Assembly (NCBI GenBank): GCA_041661405.1
Contig: JBAZUL010000002.1
Span: forward strand, 3,715 to 67,714
Direction of reading: 5' to 3'
From: Patescibacteria group bacterium
Lineage (GTDB): Bacteria > Patescibacteriota > Patescibacteriia > Patescibacteriales > JBAZCA01
Length of the DNA: 64,000 nt
The notes under the pieces are model-generated. The model was not told where the DNA came from and made no database searches. It saw nothing but the letters and a program-made list of their open reading frames with translations. Made by a program: the position numbers and the translations under genes. How positions within the stretch are numbered: position 1 is the first letter of the stretch; each line of letters opens with the position of its first letter. Of the stretch, positions 9,846-19,535 are shown piece after piece.

Positions 9846-10382
9846 TTAAAAGCTTAGAGCCTTCTTGGTCGCCGCGGTTTGGCTTTTTTTAGTGTAAGCC
9901 AAAGCCAGCTCATAGCTTCCGGCTAATGTCGCTGTATAAAAGAGATCGCCCATGAGACTATTTTTGAAAAACGGGATGGCCAATATGTAGCATTGATAAA
10001 GTCCGCTAAGACTATGTTCATACCAGCTGCCAAACGCCCAGACCGAAAAGTTAGTAAGAAGGAAAAACAAGATACTTCCCAAAACCGTTCCTCCGAGGAT
10101 GGTAGCGGCGTTTTTTTTCGTTTTTACAGCCATGCCCATAAGGGTCATGATAATAAAACCTGAGTAAACCGAAAGCATGATTGGCCAAGCGTAAAAACCG
10201 ATAAAAATATCGCTTAAAAACATGGCCATGAGCGGCAAAATAAACGCCCAGCGCCGCGGCAGATAAATACCCGAAAAAATCGCTACCGCGCCCAAGGCGG
10301 TGAAGTTCGCCGGATGCGGCAGAAAGCGGGTGGAAACGCCGAGAAGAATTAAGATGATAGCGGGCAAATAATATTTTTTCAT
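9846..10382 (-). CDS. Small integral membrane protein, putative cobalamin transporter (DUF6580 / ECF S-component-like)
   Basis: 'RFLPHPANFT', 'LLTNFSVWA', 'CYILAIPFF' pattern; last gene behind a B12 riboswitch. Confidence 0.7.
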   Translation of the reverse strand: MKKYYLPAIILILLGVSTRFLPHPANFTALGAVAIFSGIYLPRRWAFILPLMAMFLSDIFIGFYAWPIMLSVYSGFIIMTLMGMAVKTKKNAATILGGTVLGSILFFLLTNFSVWAFGSWYEHSLSGLYQCYILAIPFFKNSLMGDLFYTATLAGSYELALAYTKKSQTAATKKALSF

Positions 10383-10466
10383 ACGGTTTTAGCTAAGGCC
10401 GGAACTTAAGTTTGCCGGCGATTGATTATTTTTATTATATCAGGCTGTTTTTGTTTTGTCATTCAA

Positions 10467-12623
10467 TTAGCGTCTTTTCGCGCCGCTATAGGCTATGGCG
10501 CGGACTATGTTCCAGTCTTCCAAGTTTTCCGGCGTCCGGCCATAAACCGCGATAAAGCTTTTCAGGGCCGCTGATTCGTCTTTCAGTTTTCTCGCGGGCA
10601 GAAGCCCGTAAGCCGCGATCGTAATAAAAGCGTTTTCATGGGGATCGTCCATATCGGCTTCATGCCGGTAAATTTTTAGAAATTTTTTTTTCGCGGCGGC
10701 CTCCCGGTCTTCGTTTCTCCGACCCGGCCAGCGTCCGCTCGCGATTTTTATTACATCCTCCCAATCAGCCTCGCTCTCCGGCGCGCGGCCAAAAGCCAGA
10801 CTGTAGGCGGAAAGCCCCGGTCGCAAAGCCTGATCCCGGAATTTTTTATCCAAAGCCGTTTCATCCTCGCCGGGATTACTGATTTTTTCTCCTAAAATCA
10901 TTTTTTCCAAATCTTCATCAGCCTCTTCTACTTGCGGCTCTTCATCTTCATTGCCTTCTTTATCATCGTCTTTATCGCTCTGCTCGCTTTCAGCGTTGAT
11001 ATTTTCAGAGTTTGTCCCGCTGTTTTCGTTTTCAGGATTCATGCCCGCCGGCAATGGAAAATCCATTAAAATATCAGTCCAGCTTTTTTTCAGACCGGCC
11101 GGCAGGGCGTAAGCCGAGGCCCAGACCCGGGTATTTTTGTCCGTAGCCGGCGAATCAAGGCCGCCGTCCGAATCCTGCAGGCTAGTGAGAAATTCAAGCG
11201 GGGTTTTCCCGTTTTTTTTCCAATCGTTTTCGTTTTCTCCCAAAGCGTAAATCGCCTGGAGCGCCCAGCTCGTGGAAAAACTGTTGCCAAATCCGGCGTC
11301 TTGCCCCTGCTTTTCTTTGAGATAAAGTTTGGCTCGGGTTATGGCGTTCTCCGCGCCTTCTCTGGCTCTAACCGATAAAAGCGCCTCAATCGCGGCGGCG
11401 GTCAAATCAACGCTCCCCCAGCCGTTATCCTGCCTCTGAGCCGAGAGGAGCTGGCTCAGGGCGCCAGTAAATATTGCATCTTCCGCAGTGTAACCGGCTT
11501 TTCTTAAAATCAAAATCGCAAAGATATCATCATTAAAGTTTTCCGCGTCCCCGGATTGACCGTTGGCGTATTGCTCAGTGATTTTACTTATATAGTTGGT
11601 TTTGGTTCCGTTGTATGGGTTAACGCGCAGACTCATCAAAGCCATGGCTCGGCGTTCGTAATCAGTTAACAAGTTGCCCGGGTGAGGATCGGTAAGCAAA
11701 TATTTTTTTATTTTTTCCGCATTACCGCCCTCAGCCGCCAGAGCGATAGCTGTCCAGTCGGTAATCATTATGTTCGGCATGGAGCCGTTTTCTTTCTGGT
11801 TAGCCAATAAGAAATTTGCCAGTTTTATACTGTCAATATTGGAAGGAGCGGGCGGAATAACCGTTCCTCCGCCATAACTGCCGCCGCCTCCGGAAGATCC
11901 GTGGTTTTGTTCTTCCTCTTCTTCCTCCTGTTCCGGTTCTTCTTCAACAACCAAAGGCAGGGGAGTTATAGTCAGGCTCCGGCTGTTTATGCAGCCGGCC
12001 CTTTCACCGTAAATTATATAAGGAGACGAAGTGCTGATAAAAAGTTCATAATTGCCGGTTGGATTATTGTATGCCGCGCCGTTTATATTTAAAGCGCTTT
12101 CGGCGGCCGGATTCCAGACCGGCATCCAGTTTTCGTCCAGCCCAAATTCAAAGAGGCTGATGGTTGAAGTGGCATTGACTTTTGGGGCGCTTTCCGATAT
12201 TTCCAGTTTTAAAGGGTTTACGCCGTAAGACAAAAGCAAGTCTTCTTCTTCGGTTAAAATATGGCTGTTTAAGGCAGTTTGTCCGTATTCCAGGTCAGAA
12301 AACCACTGCCAATAGATTCCGTTGCCGCCGCTATTATTCGCGTAGCCGCTGAGAGAGTCAAGAAAAGCCGATTCACCCCAATAACTCCAGTCGCTTTCCA
12401 GCCCTGACTGCATAATCGCGCACATGGCGTTTAAGGTGCTGGTCGCGCTATCGGCGGTCTCAGGGCAGGCCAAGACTTCAAGCGTATTATCGTAAACAAT
12501 TTCTTCTCCGGCCGCTACTTTGAGATGAATGCTGATTTTCTCTTCTTCCGCTTTTCCGGGGAGCGGGAAAAAAATCGCCAGAACGGCCAAAATCATCAAT
12601 CCTTTAAAAATTTGATTCTTCAT
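10467..12623 (-). CDS. Secreted protein with a DUF4430-like N-terminal domain, prenyltransferase/squalene-cyclase-like alpha-barrel repeats and an acidic linker; putative B12-binding surface protein
   Basis: Signal peptide; repeats 'NQKENGS', 'AQRQDNGW', 'QDSDGG'; riboswitch context; start taken at MKNQIF. Confidence 0.65.
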   Translation of the reverse strand: MKNQIFKGLMILAVLAIFFPLPGKAEEEKISIHLKVAAGEEIVYDNTLEVLACPETADSATSTLNAMCAIMQSGLESDWSYWGESAFLDSLSGYANNSGGNGIYWQWFSDLEYGQTALNSHILTEEEDLLLSYGVNPLKLEISESAPKVNATSTISLFEFGLDENWMPVWNPAAESALNINGAAYNNPTGNYELFISTSSPYIIYGERAGCINSRSLTITPLPLVVEEEPEQEEEEEEQNHGSSGGGGSYGGGTVIPPAPSNIDSIKLANFLLANQKENGSMPNIMITDWTAIALAAEGGNAEKIKKYLLTDPHPGNLLTDYERRAMALMSLRVNPYNGTKTNYISKITEQYANGQSGDAENFNDDIFAILILRKAGYTAEDAIFTGALSQLLSAQRQDNGWGSVDLTAAAIEALLSVRAREGAENAITRAKLYLKEKQGQDAGFGNSFSTSWALQAIYALGENENDWKKNGKTPLEFLTSLQDSDGGLDSPATDKNTRVWASAYALPAGLKKSWTDILMDFPLPAGMNPENENSGTNSENINAESEQSDKDDDKEGNEDEEPQVEEADEDLEKMILGEKISNPGEDETALDKKFRDQALRPGLSAYSLAFGRAPESEADWEDVIKIASGRWPGRRNEDREAAAKKKFLKIYRHEADMDDPHENAFITIAAYGLLPARKLKDESAALKSFIAVYGRTPENLEDWNIVRAIAYSGAKRR

Positions 12624-13302
12624 ATTTCCAGGCAATGACGTCGCCGGCTTTAGGGAAGTAGTTTGAGATTCCCGCTTTAGCCGGAGCGTTATTAATATAG
12701 TAAATCCAAAACATGCCTTTTAGCGGGCTGTTTTTCAGCCCGTTTATTTCTTCAATAAAATAGCCCATGCCGCTATATTCTTTGGCCTTAAAATTTAAGG
12801 CGTTTTGAGTCCTTAGTTTGTCCATTAAAGCATAAACATTATTTCCTTCCGCTAACTCTGCTTCGTATTTTTTATCTTCAACATAAATATTAATACTGAT
12901 ATTTTTTTCTTCCGAAATTTTTTGCTCATCAGCGTCCGGCGCTTCGTCTGTTTTTTTAATTATTCCCTCAACAACATCACCCATAACCTGTCCAGCTTTT
13001 GTCCCGGTTTTGTCCGGAGTTTTAATTAGAACATCCTTGTCTGGCTGGCTGTTAGCGGCAAAATCAGGTTGCAAGGCGCTGGCCAGCGGATCGCTGTCTT
13101 TTATATCCAATGAATCAGCTTCTTTACTTTCTTCTATTGACGGCGCGTTTTTTGATATTTCGGCTGTTTCCTTATTCGGGCTATTAAGTTGATGATCACT
13201 TTGGAGCGGATTTTTTTCTATGGATTTAAAGAAAAAAAACAGGGATATAAAAAATACCGCGATAAAAAGTGTTTTCAGGCCGTTTTTAAAAGTTGGTTTC
13301 AT
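12604..13302 (-). CDS. DUF4430-domain (transcobalamin-like C-terminal fold) membrane-anchored protein
   Basis: 'GYFIEEING', 'FWIYYINN', 'GDVIAWKY'; first gene after the riboswitch. Confidence 0.8.
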   Translation of the reverse strand: MKPTFKNGLKTLFIAVFFISLFFFFKSIEKNPLQSDHQLNSPNKETAEISKNAPSIEESKEADSLDIKDSDPLASALQPDFAANSQPDKDVLIKTPDKTGTKAGQVMGDVVEGIIKKTDEAPDADEQKISEEKNISINIYVEDKKYEAELAEGNNVYALMDKLRTQNALNFKAKEYSGMGYFIEEINGLKNSPLKGMFWIYYINNAPAKAGISNYFPKAGDVIAWKYEESNF

Positions 13303-13327
13303 AAAAAAACCCGCTTACGAGCGGGAT
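13303..13327 (-). terminator. Intrinsic terminator, probable riboswitch expression platform
   Basis: Minus strand cccgct-cgta-agcggg followed by a T-run immediately before the ATG at 13302. Confidence 0.7.
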
Positions 13328-13396
13328 AAAAAATCCTTAAAAAGGATTCCTGGCCTTTTAAAAAAGGCTGTCCCTGCTCGGGGAAAATAAATTATA

Positions 13397-13495
13397 ATTA
13401 AATTCAGCATTCTGGCTTTTCCCGCCCCTACGGTGCGGGATTTACAGTTGCGGCACAGCGCCTGATTTTCACAGGACTTTCCTGAATTTAATCTA
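13397..13495 (-). ncRNA. Cobalamin riboswitch (compact type)
   Basis: Minus strand AGGAAAGTCCTGTGAAAATCAGGCGCTGTGCCGCAACTGTAA...AAGCCAGAA with B12-box features, closed by an attaaattcag/ctgaatttaat stem; upstream of DUF4430 genes. Confidence 0.88.
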
Positions 13496-13501
13496 TTGTT
13501 A

Positions 13502-13530
13502 ATAGTAGCGGGTATAAATTTTACTGTCAA
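13502..13530 (-). promoter_or_regulatory. Sigma70 promoter for the riboswitch operon
   Basis: TTGACA-17 nt-TACTAT on the minus strand. Confidence 0.7.
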
Positions 13531-13571
13531 CGGGTTGAAAATTGCGATTCTAAATGCTAGACTAAAGTCAC

Positions 13572-14591
13572 ATGAAAGACGAGCTGGAACAAAGCGGCTG
13601 GCCGCTCATCGGCAATGAACGGGCCGGGGAATATCTCTTAAAAAGCGCGAGAAAGGGCGATGTTTCTGGCGCTTATATTTTTTGCGGGCCGGCCGACCTC
13701 GGAAAAGGAACGGCCGCCAGGTTTTTCGCCAGAGCCCTGCTTTGCGACAACCTGGGAAAAACTTCAGTTAAACTGCCTTGCGGCAAATGCCCATCGTGCG
13801 GAACCGGACTGGCGCACAGCGATTTGCTTGAAGTCCAAAAAGAAGAGGAAAAGAAAAATATTTCTATAGAGCAGATCCGGGAGTTCATCAGAAGGATGAG
13901 CATGGGATCGTTTTTAGGGGATTACAAGGTCGGGATAATTAAAGACGCGGACAGCCTGAGCATTGAGGCCGCGAACGCCCTTTTAAAAACTCTGGAAGAG
14001 CCGAAGAAGAAAACCGTGATAATCATGACCGTAACCGATTTGGACAAGATTCTTCCGACCATAATATCAAGAAGCCAGACGCTCCATTTTTTCCCGGTCA
14101 AGGCCGGAGTGATTCAGGATTTTCTTATCAGCCGCCATAAAGCCGGACGGAGCGACGCGAAAAATTTTTCCCGCCTCGCGCTCGGCCGGCCGGCTTTAGC
14201 CGTTAAAATGCTCATGGAAAAAGATTATTACGAGGATTACTTTGCCGTGGCCAACGCTTTTTTTAGAATGATACCGGCGGATATAAACGAGCGGCTGGAT
14301 ATTACGGAAAAACTGATCGGAAAAAAGGAAAGCGCCCAGGCGGCGGTACGTTCGGTCGGCCGAATCCTTGATATCTGGGAAGGGGCGGCTCGGGATCTTA
14401 TTCTTGAAGCCACCGGCCAGGCGGATTTAATCCGTCACGAAGTTGAAGAAAAAGCCATAAAATCAGCCGGAAGAGTTTACAGCCTGGAAAAGATTATGAA
14501 TTTTTTTGAACAAGTCGGCAAGGCTCGCGATTATTTAAGAGCCAACGTCAATCCGAAGATTGTTTTGGAGGAGATTGTTATAAACATATAA
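13572..14591 (+). CDS. holB: DNA polymerase III subunit delta'
   Basis: 'GPADLGKGT', Zn motif 'PCGKCPSC', 'AANALLKTLEEP', 'LPTIISR'. Confidence 0.9.
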   Translation: MKDELEQSGWPLIGNERAGEYLLKSARKGDVSGAYIFCGPADLGKGTAARFFARALLCDNLGKTSVKLPCGKCPSCGTGLAHSDLLEVQKEEEKKNISIEQIREFIRRMSMGSFLGDYKVGIIKDADSLSIEAANALLKTLEEPKKKTVIIMTVTDLDKILPTIISRSQTLHFFPVKAGVIQDFLISRHKAGRSDAKNFSRLALGRPALAVKMLMEKDYYEDYFAVANAFFRMIPADINERLDITEKLIGKKESAQAAVRSVGRILDIWEGAARDLILEATGQADLIRHEVEEKAIKSAGRVYSLEKIMNFFEQVGKARDYLRANVNPKIVLEEIVINI

Positions 14592-14660
14592 TTCAGGTTT
14601 TGTGAAATGTGTTTTAGAATTTTTAATTTTTAAAATTTAGACATTAAAAATTTATTTTTT

Positions 14661-15731
14661 ATGTTTTTGACAAAAAAGAAAATACTTCAGTTCCTGGCGT
14701 TTACGGGCGGTTTGTTCATCTTAACCGGCTGTAGCGTAAGCTTTAATACCGGCGCGGGCGGAGGGGCGATTGACGGCGGGATTTTCCGCTCGGAGAATAA
14801 GGGAGCGATCTGGGCTCAGAAGACTCTGGCCTTAAGCGCCGGAGGCAGATCGCTTGATATCCGGGCGCTAGATATTGGAGTTTTGGAAATGGATCCTTCT
14901 GACCCGGCGGCGCTTTATCTTGGGAGCCTGGAAAACGGCGTTTATTACAGTTATGACCGGGGTGAAAGCTGGCAGGTTATCAGCCGTCTTGGAAAAACGG
15001 CTATTAATTCGCTCGCCGTTGACCCGGGCGACAAATGCATCATCTATGTTTCCTCAGCTAACCGGGTAATGAAATCGGTTGACTGCGGGCGTTTTTGGGA
15101 TCAGGCATATTTTGACAATGATCCGGCAATAATAATCAGATCTATTGCCGTTGATCCGGTTGAAAGCGCCTGGATTTTTATTACTACCAGCCGGGGAGAA
15201 GTGATAAAAAGCGTTGACGCGGGAAAAACCTGGCGAACCGTAGGACGGCTGGAAAGCGACGTGGTAAAAATAAAAATCAACCCCCATAATCCCGATATTA
15301 TTTTTGCCGGAACAAGGGACGCGGGAATTTTCCGTTCGTTTGATTCCGGAGAATCATGGCAGAGCCTTGAAGCGGAGCTTAAAGATTTTAAGGATAACAA
15401 GCGTTTCCGGGACTTAATCTGGAGCCAATCGGACGCGGGAACAGTTTTTCTCGCTAATGGTTACGGATTCCTAAAATCAACCGACAACGGCGATTCCTGG
15501 GTCAATATTGAACTGATTCCGCCGCAGGAAGAGACTGTGATTAATTCCATTGCCGTAAACCCCAAGAATGCCGAAGAATTGTATTATGTCACTAATACTA
15601 CTTTTTACCATTCAATTGACGGCGGAAAAAACTGGTCCTCAAAAAAATTGCCGACTACGCGGCTGGGCTGGCGGCTCGCGGTTGATCCAGAAAGACCGGA
15701 TATTGTTTATTTGGGGGTTAGAAAACGGTAA
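14661..15731 (+). CDS. Lipoprotein with BNR/Asp-box beta-propeller (YCF48/sortilin-like)
   Basis: Lipobox 'LTGC'; repeated S-x-D-x-G-x-x-W motifs. Confidence 0.8.
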   Translation: MFLTKKKILQFLAFTGGLFILTGCSVSFNTGAGGGAIDGGIFRSENKGAIWAQKTLALSAGGRSLDIRALDIGVLEMDPSDPAALYLGSLENGVYYSYDRGESWQVISRLGKTAINSLAVDPGDKCIIYVSSANRVMKSVDCGRFWDQAYFDNDPAIIIRSIAVDPVESAWIFITTSRGEVIKSVDAGKTWRTVGRLESDVVKIKINPHNPDIIFAGTRDAGIFRSFDSGESWQSLEAELKDFKDNKRFRDLIWSQSDAGTVFLANGYGFLKSTDNGDSWVNIELIPPQEETVINSIAVNPKNAEELYYVTNTTFYHSIDGGKNWSSKKLPTTRLGWRLAVDPERPDIVYLGVRKR

Positions 15732-15913
15732 CACGGCGGTAAAACATTGACAATTTCTACTGCGGAAATGCACGCGTATTTGCTGAAAATTTGTTTAAGT
15801 GTTAATTTGGGCTATCATGAAAGGACTAATTGTTTCCGGCATACATGTCCTCGCACGAAATTGCCAATATTTTACCGCCATAACGTCATTATTAATTAAA
15901 ATAAACGAATAAT

Positions 15914-16468
15914 ATGAACAAGTATATCCAGGCTAAAAACAATGACTTAAAAGACGCGATTGAATTTTTTAAAAAAGACATATCAAGCCTCCGGACTGGC
16001 CGGGCTAACCCGTCGCTTTTGGACGGCGTGATGATTGATTCTTACGGGGTAAAAACTCCGATCCAGAACGTCGCGAGCATAACCGTTGCCGACGGCCGGA
16101 GCATGACCATCACTCCCTGGGACAAAAGCGTTCTAAAGGAAGCGGAAAAGGGAATCGTTGACGCGAATTTAGGAGTCGGCGTGGTTAACGAAGGCGACAA
16201 GCTCCGGATATCCATCCCGATGATGACCGAAGAGAACCGCCGGGAGCTCGTAAAAAAATTGAATGAAAAAATGGAAAAGGGTCGGGTTTCGCTCCGCCAG
16301 GCAAGGGATGATATAAAGAATTCCATTGAAGAGGCTTTTAAAAAAAAGGAAGTTTCCGAAGATGATAAATTTAAGTTCATTACCGAGCTGGACGAAGCGA
16401 TCAGGGATTATAATGAACAGCTGAAGGCTTTGAGGGATGGCAAGGAAAAAGATATAATGACAATATAA
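15914..16468 (+). CDS. frr: Ribosome recycling factor
   Basis: 'LRTGRANPSLLD', 'P.MTEENRRELVK', 'KEKDIMTI'. Confidence 0.97.
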   Translation: MNKYIQAKNNDLKDAIEFFKKDISSLRTGRANPSLLDGVMIDSYGVKTPIQNVASITVADGRSMTITPWDKSVLKEAEKGIVDANLGVGVVNEGDKLRISIPMMTEENRRELVKKLNEKMEKGRVSLRQARDDIKNSIEEAFKKKEVSEDDKFKFITELDEAIRDYNEQLKALRDGKEKDIMTI

Positions 16469-16476
16469 TTATATTT

Positions 16477-17676
16477 ATGCTATTTACTATATTGATTTTT
16501 ATCGCGGTTTTAAGCGTTCTCGTGTTCGTTCATGAATTCGGGCATTTTTTCGTAGCGAGAAAATTCGGCGTAAAGGCTGAGGAGTTTGGATTCGGTTTTC
16601 CGCCGCGGGCGTTTGGTTTTTATAAATCAATTTCCGGGCGCTGGAAGCGGGTGATCGGCAATAAGGAGGTGACGGACGCGGCTGATACGATTTATTCGGT
16701 AAACTATATTCCCATGGGCGGTTTTGTCCGGATTAAAGGCGAGCTCGGGCCGTCAGACGGCTCCATCCTCGGGGAATCTAAAGCGCTTACCGAAGACGAG
16801 GACAGTTTTTTCATGAAAAAAATCTGGCAGAGGGTGCTGATCATTTCCGCCGGAGTAGTTATGAACGTAGTTTTAGCGGCGGCTCTGCTTTCAATCGGTT
16901 TTATGGTCGGACTGCCCGGGGTGATTGACGAGAGCCTTGGAAAATCCGCCCGGGTAAGCGAGGAGAAAATCCAGGTAGTGGACGTTATTTCTGGTTCGCC
17001 GGCGGCCGAGGCCGGACTTCAAACCGGCGATATAATTGAAAGCGTTGACGGCAACGCGTTTTTAAAAATTGAGGATTTACAGGATTATGTCGGCGCCCGG
17101 GCGGGAAAAGAGCTTAGCTATAAAATTCAACGCTCCGGCGAGACTTTGGAAAAAGTTTTGATTCCCGAGACGATAAAAGAAACCGGCAAAGCCGGCATCG
17201 GCATCGGCATCGCTGAAACCGGACTGGTAAAATATCCTTGGTACATCGCGATCTGGAAAGGGATAGCGAGCGCCTTAACTCTTATCTGGGTCATAATCGC
17301 GGCCTTTTACGGCCTCATTAAATCCCTTATCATGGGCCAGGGCGTGTCCGGCGACTTAGCCGGCCCGGTCGGCATAGCGGTTTTAACCGGACAGGTGGCG
17401 CGGATGGGATTTATTTATCTTTTGCAGTTTACGGCTCTTCTTTCGGTCAATCTGGCGGTTGTTAATTTTCTTCCAATTCCGGCTTTAGACGGCGGCCGGG
17501 TGCTTTTCCTTATTATTGAGCGGATTAAAGGCAGTCCGGTAAGGCGCGAGGTAGAAGCCGTAATCCATAATATCGGCTTTATTCTTCTCATGATTTTAGT
17601 GGTTTTGGTAACTTTCAGGGATGTTCTTAATTTCAGGGAAGCTTTTATTAATCTTTGGCAGAGGATTGTCGGGTAA
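16477..17676 (+). CDS. rseP: RIP metalloprotease RseP (M50, with PDZ domain)
   Basis: 'VHEFGH', 'NFLPIPALDGG', PDZ segment; follows frr. Confidence 0.95.
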   Translation: MLFTILIFIAVLSVLVFVHEFGHFFVARKFGVKAEEFGFGFPPRAFGFYKSISGRWKRVIGNKEVTDAADTIYSVNYIPMGGFVRIKGELGPSDGSILGESKALTEDEDSFFMKKIWQRVLIISAGVVMNVVLAAALLSIGFMVGLPGVIDESLGKSARVSEEKIQVVDVISGSPAAEAGLQTGDIIESVDGNAFLKIEDLQDYVGARAGKELSYKIQRSGETLEKVLIPETIKETGKAGIGIGIAETGLVKYPWYIAIWKGIASALTLIWVIIAAFYGLIKSLIMGQGVSGDLAGPVGIAVLTGQVARMGFIYLLQFTALLSVNLAVVNFLPIPALDGGRVLFLIIERIKGSPVRREVEAVIHNIGFILLMILVVLVTFRDVLNFREAFINLWQRIVG

Positions 17677-17754
17677 GGAAGGTATGGAATATTTTATGCT
17701 TGTTTTTGGTAAGATTAGTTGATTTCTAGCCGGGTTTGTTGTAAGATTACGGAT

Positions 17755-19449
17755 ATGCGGACTATTTACCTGCAATTCAGGGAAGCGGCCGAAAAATATA
17801 AAAGGCGGCCGATTGTGTTTTGGAAGCGGAATAATCGCTGGCATTCTTTAAGCTACGGTAAATTTCTTCGCAAAGTTGACTTGCTGGCCGGAGGTTTTAA
17901 GAAAGAGGGAATTAAAAAAGGGGATCGGGCGGCAATCATGAGCGAAAATTGCCCGGAGTGGCTCATGATTGACCTCGCGTTAAATAAAATCGGCGCCATA
18001 AGCGTCCCGATTCACATAACCGCCAACAAACCGTTCATAGAATATATCGTAAAAGATTCCATGAGCGGTTTTTTTATTGTTTCGGAAAAAGTTTTAAAAA
18101 ATAACACGGAAACCATAAGTGAAATCGCCCGGGGTTCTAAGGTGGCGGTGATAAGGCGGGGCGCAGACGGCAATGGCGCGGAAGCCGTTGGATTAAGGGA
18201 AGAGATCGGGAAAGAGTATCTGGATTTTGACAATTTGTTTCTAGAAGAAAACCCGGACGAACCGGCTGTTGCCGGAGAAATCTCCAGCCTCATATATACA
18301 TCCGGAACGACTGGCGACCCCAAAGGCGTCATGCTTACCAATGAAAACTTTTTATCCAACGCTCTCGGAGCCATGGAAAAAATAAAAATTTTTCCGCGGG
18401 ACGTATTTTTGTCTTTCCTGCCTTTATCTCACGTTCTTGAACGGCTGGCCGGAAATTATGTCCCGATTTTTTCCGGCGCGGGAATCGCTTACGCGCCGAG
18501 CATTAAGGAACTCGCCCGCAGTTTTTCGGAAGTCAGGCCGACTATTTTTACCGGCGTGCCGAAAATATTTGAGAACAGCTACGAGAAGATACGCGCCAAG
18601 CTGGAAAAGAGCAATCCTTTGGTTAAAAAGTTTTTTTATTATTCGCTTAATAAAAAAAGTCCGGCTTTTGTTAAGGCGCTCGCCGATAAATTCCTTTACG
18701 CGAAGATAAGAAAAAGCTTTGGCGGACGCTTGAGGTTTGCCATTTCCGGAGGGGCTGCCATTAACGAACGGATAATAAAATTTTTCCGGAAAATCGGCGT
18801 TAATATCGTTGAAGGCTACGGTTTAACCGAAACCTCGCCAATCGTGGCCATGAATACGCTGGAAGAGCCGATGACCGGATCGGTCGGTCGGCCGCTTCCG
18901 GGAGTGGAAGTAAAAATCGCTTTGGATAAGGAAATTTTCGTTCGGGGGAAGAATGTCATGGCCGGCTACTGGAATAAGGAGGAGATGACCCGCGTCCATA
19001 TTATTGAAGATGGCTGGTTTAAGACCGGCGACTTAGGCTTCCTGGATAGGGAAAATTTTTTAACCGTAATCGGGCGAAAAAAGGAAATGATAGTTACGAC
19101 TAACGGCAAGAATATCAGTCCGGAAAAGGTGGAGGCCATAATAAACTTAAATCCCCTGGTCGCCCAATGCCTCGTAGTTGGCCATAAAAAACCTTATTTA
19201 GCCTGCCTTATTGTCCCTGAACTTGATCGGATCAAAGAAAAGTTCGGAGCGGACTGCGACCTGAAAAAATGCCTGGCGGACGAGATGGAAGAAATAAATA
19301 ATCTTCTCATGTCCCATGAGCGGATAAAAAAATTCGCCATAATCGGAAATTCCTTTACAGTTGAAGCCGGAGAATTGACGCCGACCCTGAAAGTCCGGAG
19401 AAGCGTGATTGAGAATAAATACCAGCGGGAGGTTGAGCGGTTGTATTAA
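17755..19449 (+). CDS. Long-chain fatty acid-CoA ligase (AMP-dependent synthetase)
   Basis: 'YTSGTTGDPKG', 'EGYGLTETSP', 'GWFKTGDLG', 'ELTPTLKVRR'; start taken at the first ATG. Confidence 0.9.
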   Translation: MRTIYLQFREAAEKYKRRPIVFWKRNNRWHSLSYGKFLRKVDLLAGGFKKEGIKKGDRAAIMSENCPEWLMIDLALNKIGAISVPIHITANKPFIEYIVKDSMSGFFIVSEKVLKNNTETISEIARGSKVAVIRRGADGNGAEAVGLREEIGKEYLDFDNLFLEENPDEPAVAGEISSLIYTSGTTGDPKGVMLTNENFLSNALGAMEKIKIFPRDVFLSFLPLSHVLERLAGNYVPIFSGAGIAYAPSIKELARSFSEVRPTIFTGVPKIFENSYEKIRAKLEKSNPLVKKFFYYSLNKKSPAFVKALADKFLYAKIRKSFGGRLRFAISGGAAINERIIKFFRKIGVNIVEGYGLTETSPIVAMNTLEEPMTGSVGRPLPGVEVKIALDKEIFVRGKNVMAGYWNKEEMTRVHIIEDGWFKTGDLGFLDRENFLTVIGRKKEMIVTTNGKNISPEKVEAIINLNPLVAQCLVVGHKKPYLACLIVPELDRIKEKFGADCDLKKCLADEMEEINNLLMSHERIKKFAIIGNSFTVEAGELTPTLKVRRSVIENKYQREVERLY

Positions 19450-19482
19450 GAACATGTCCTGATGCCAAAAAAATGCCGCATT

Positions 19483-19512
19483 AAAAAACTTTCCCGTTTG
19501 GAAAGGTTTTTT
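19483..19512. terminator. Bidirectional intrinsic terminator
   Basis: aaaaaactttcc-cgttt-ggaaaggtttttt between convergent genes. Confidence 0.65.
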
Positions 19513-19535
19513 GCTTAATGGCGTATGTGGTTATT

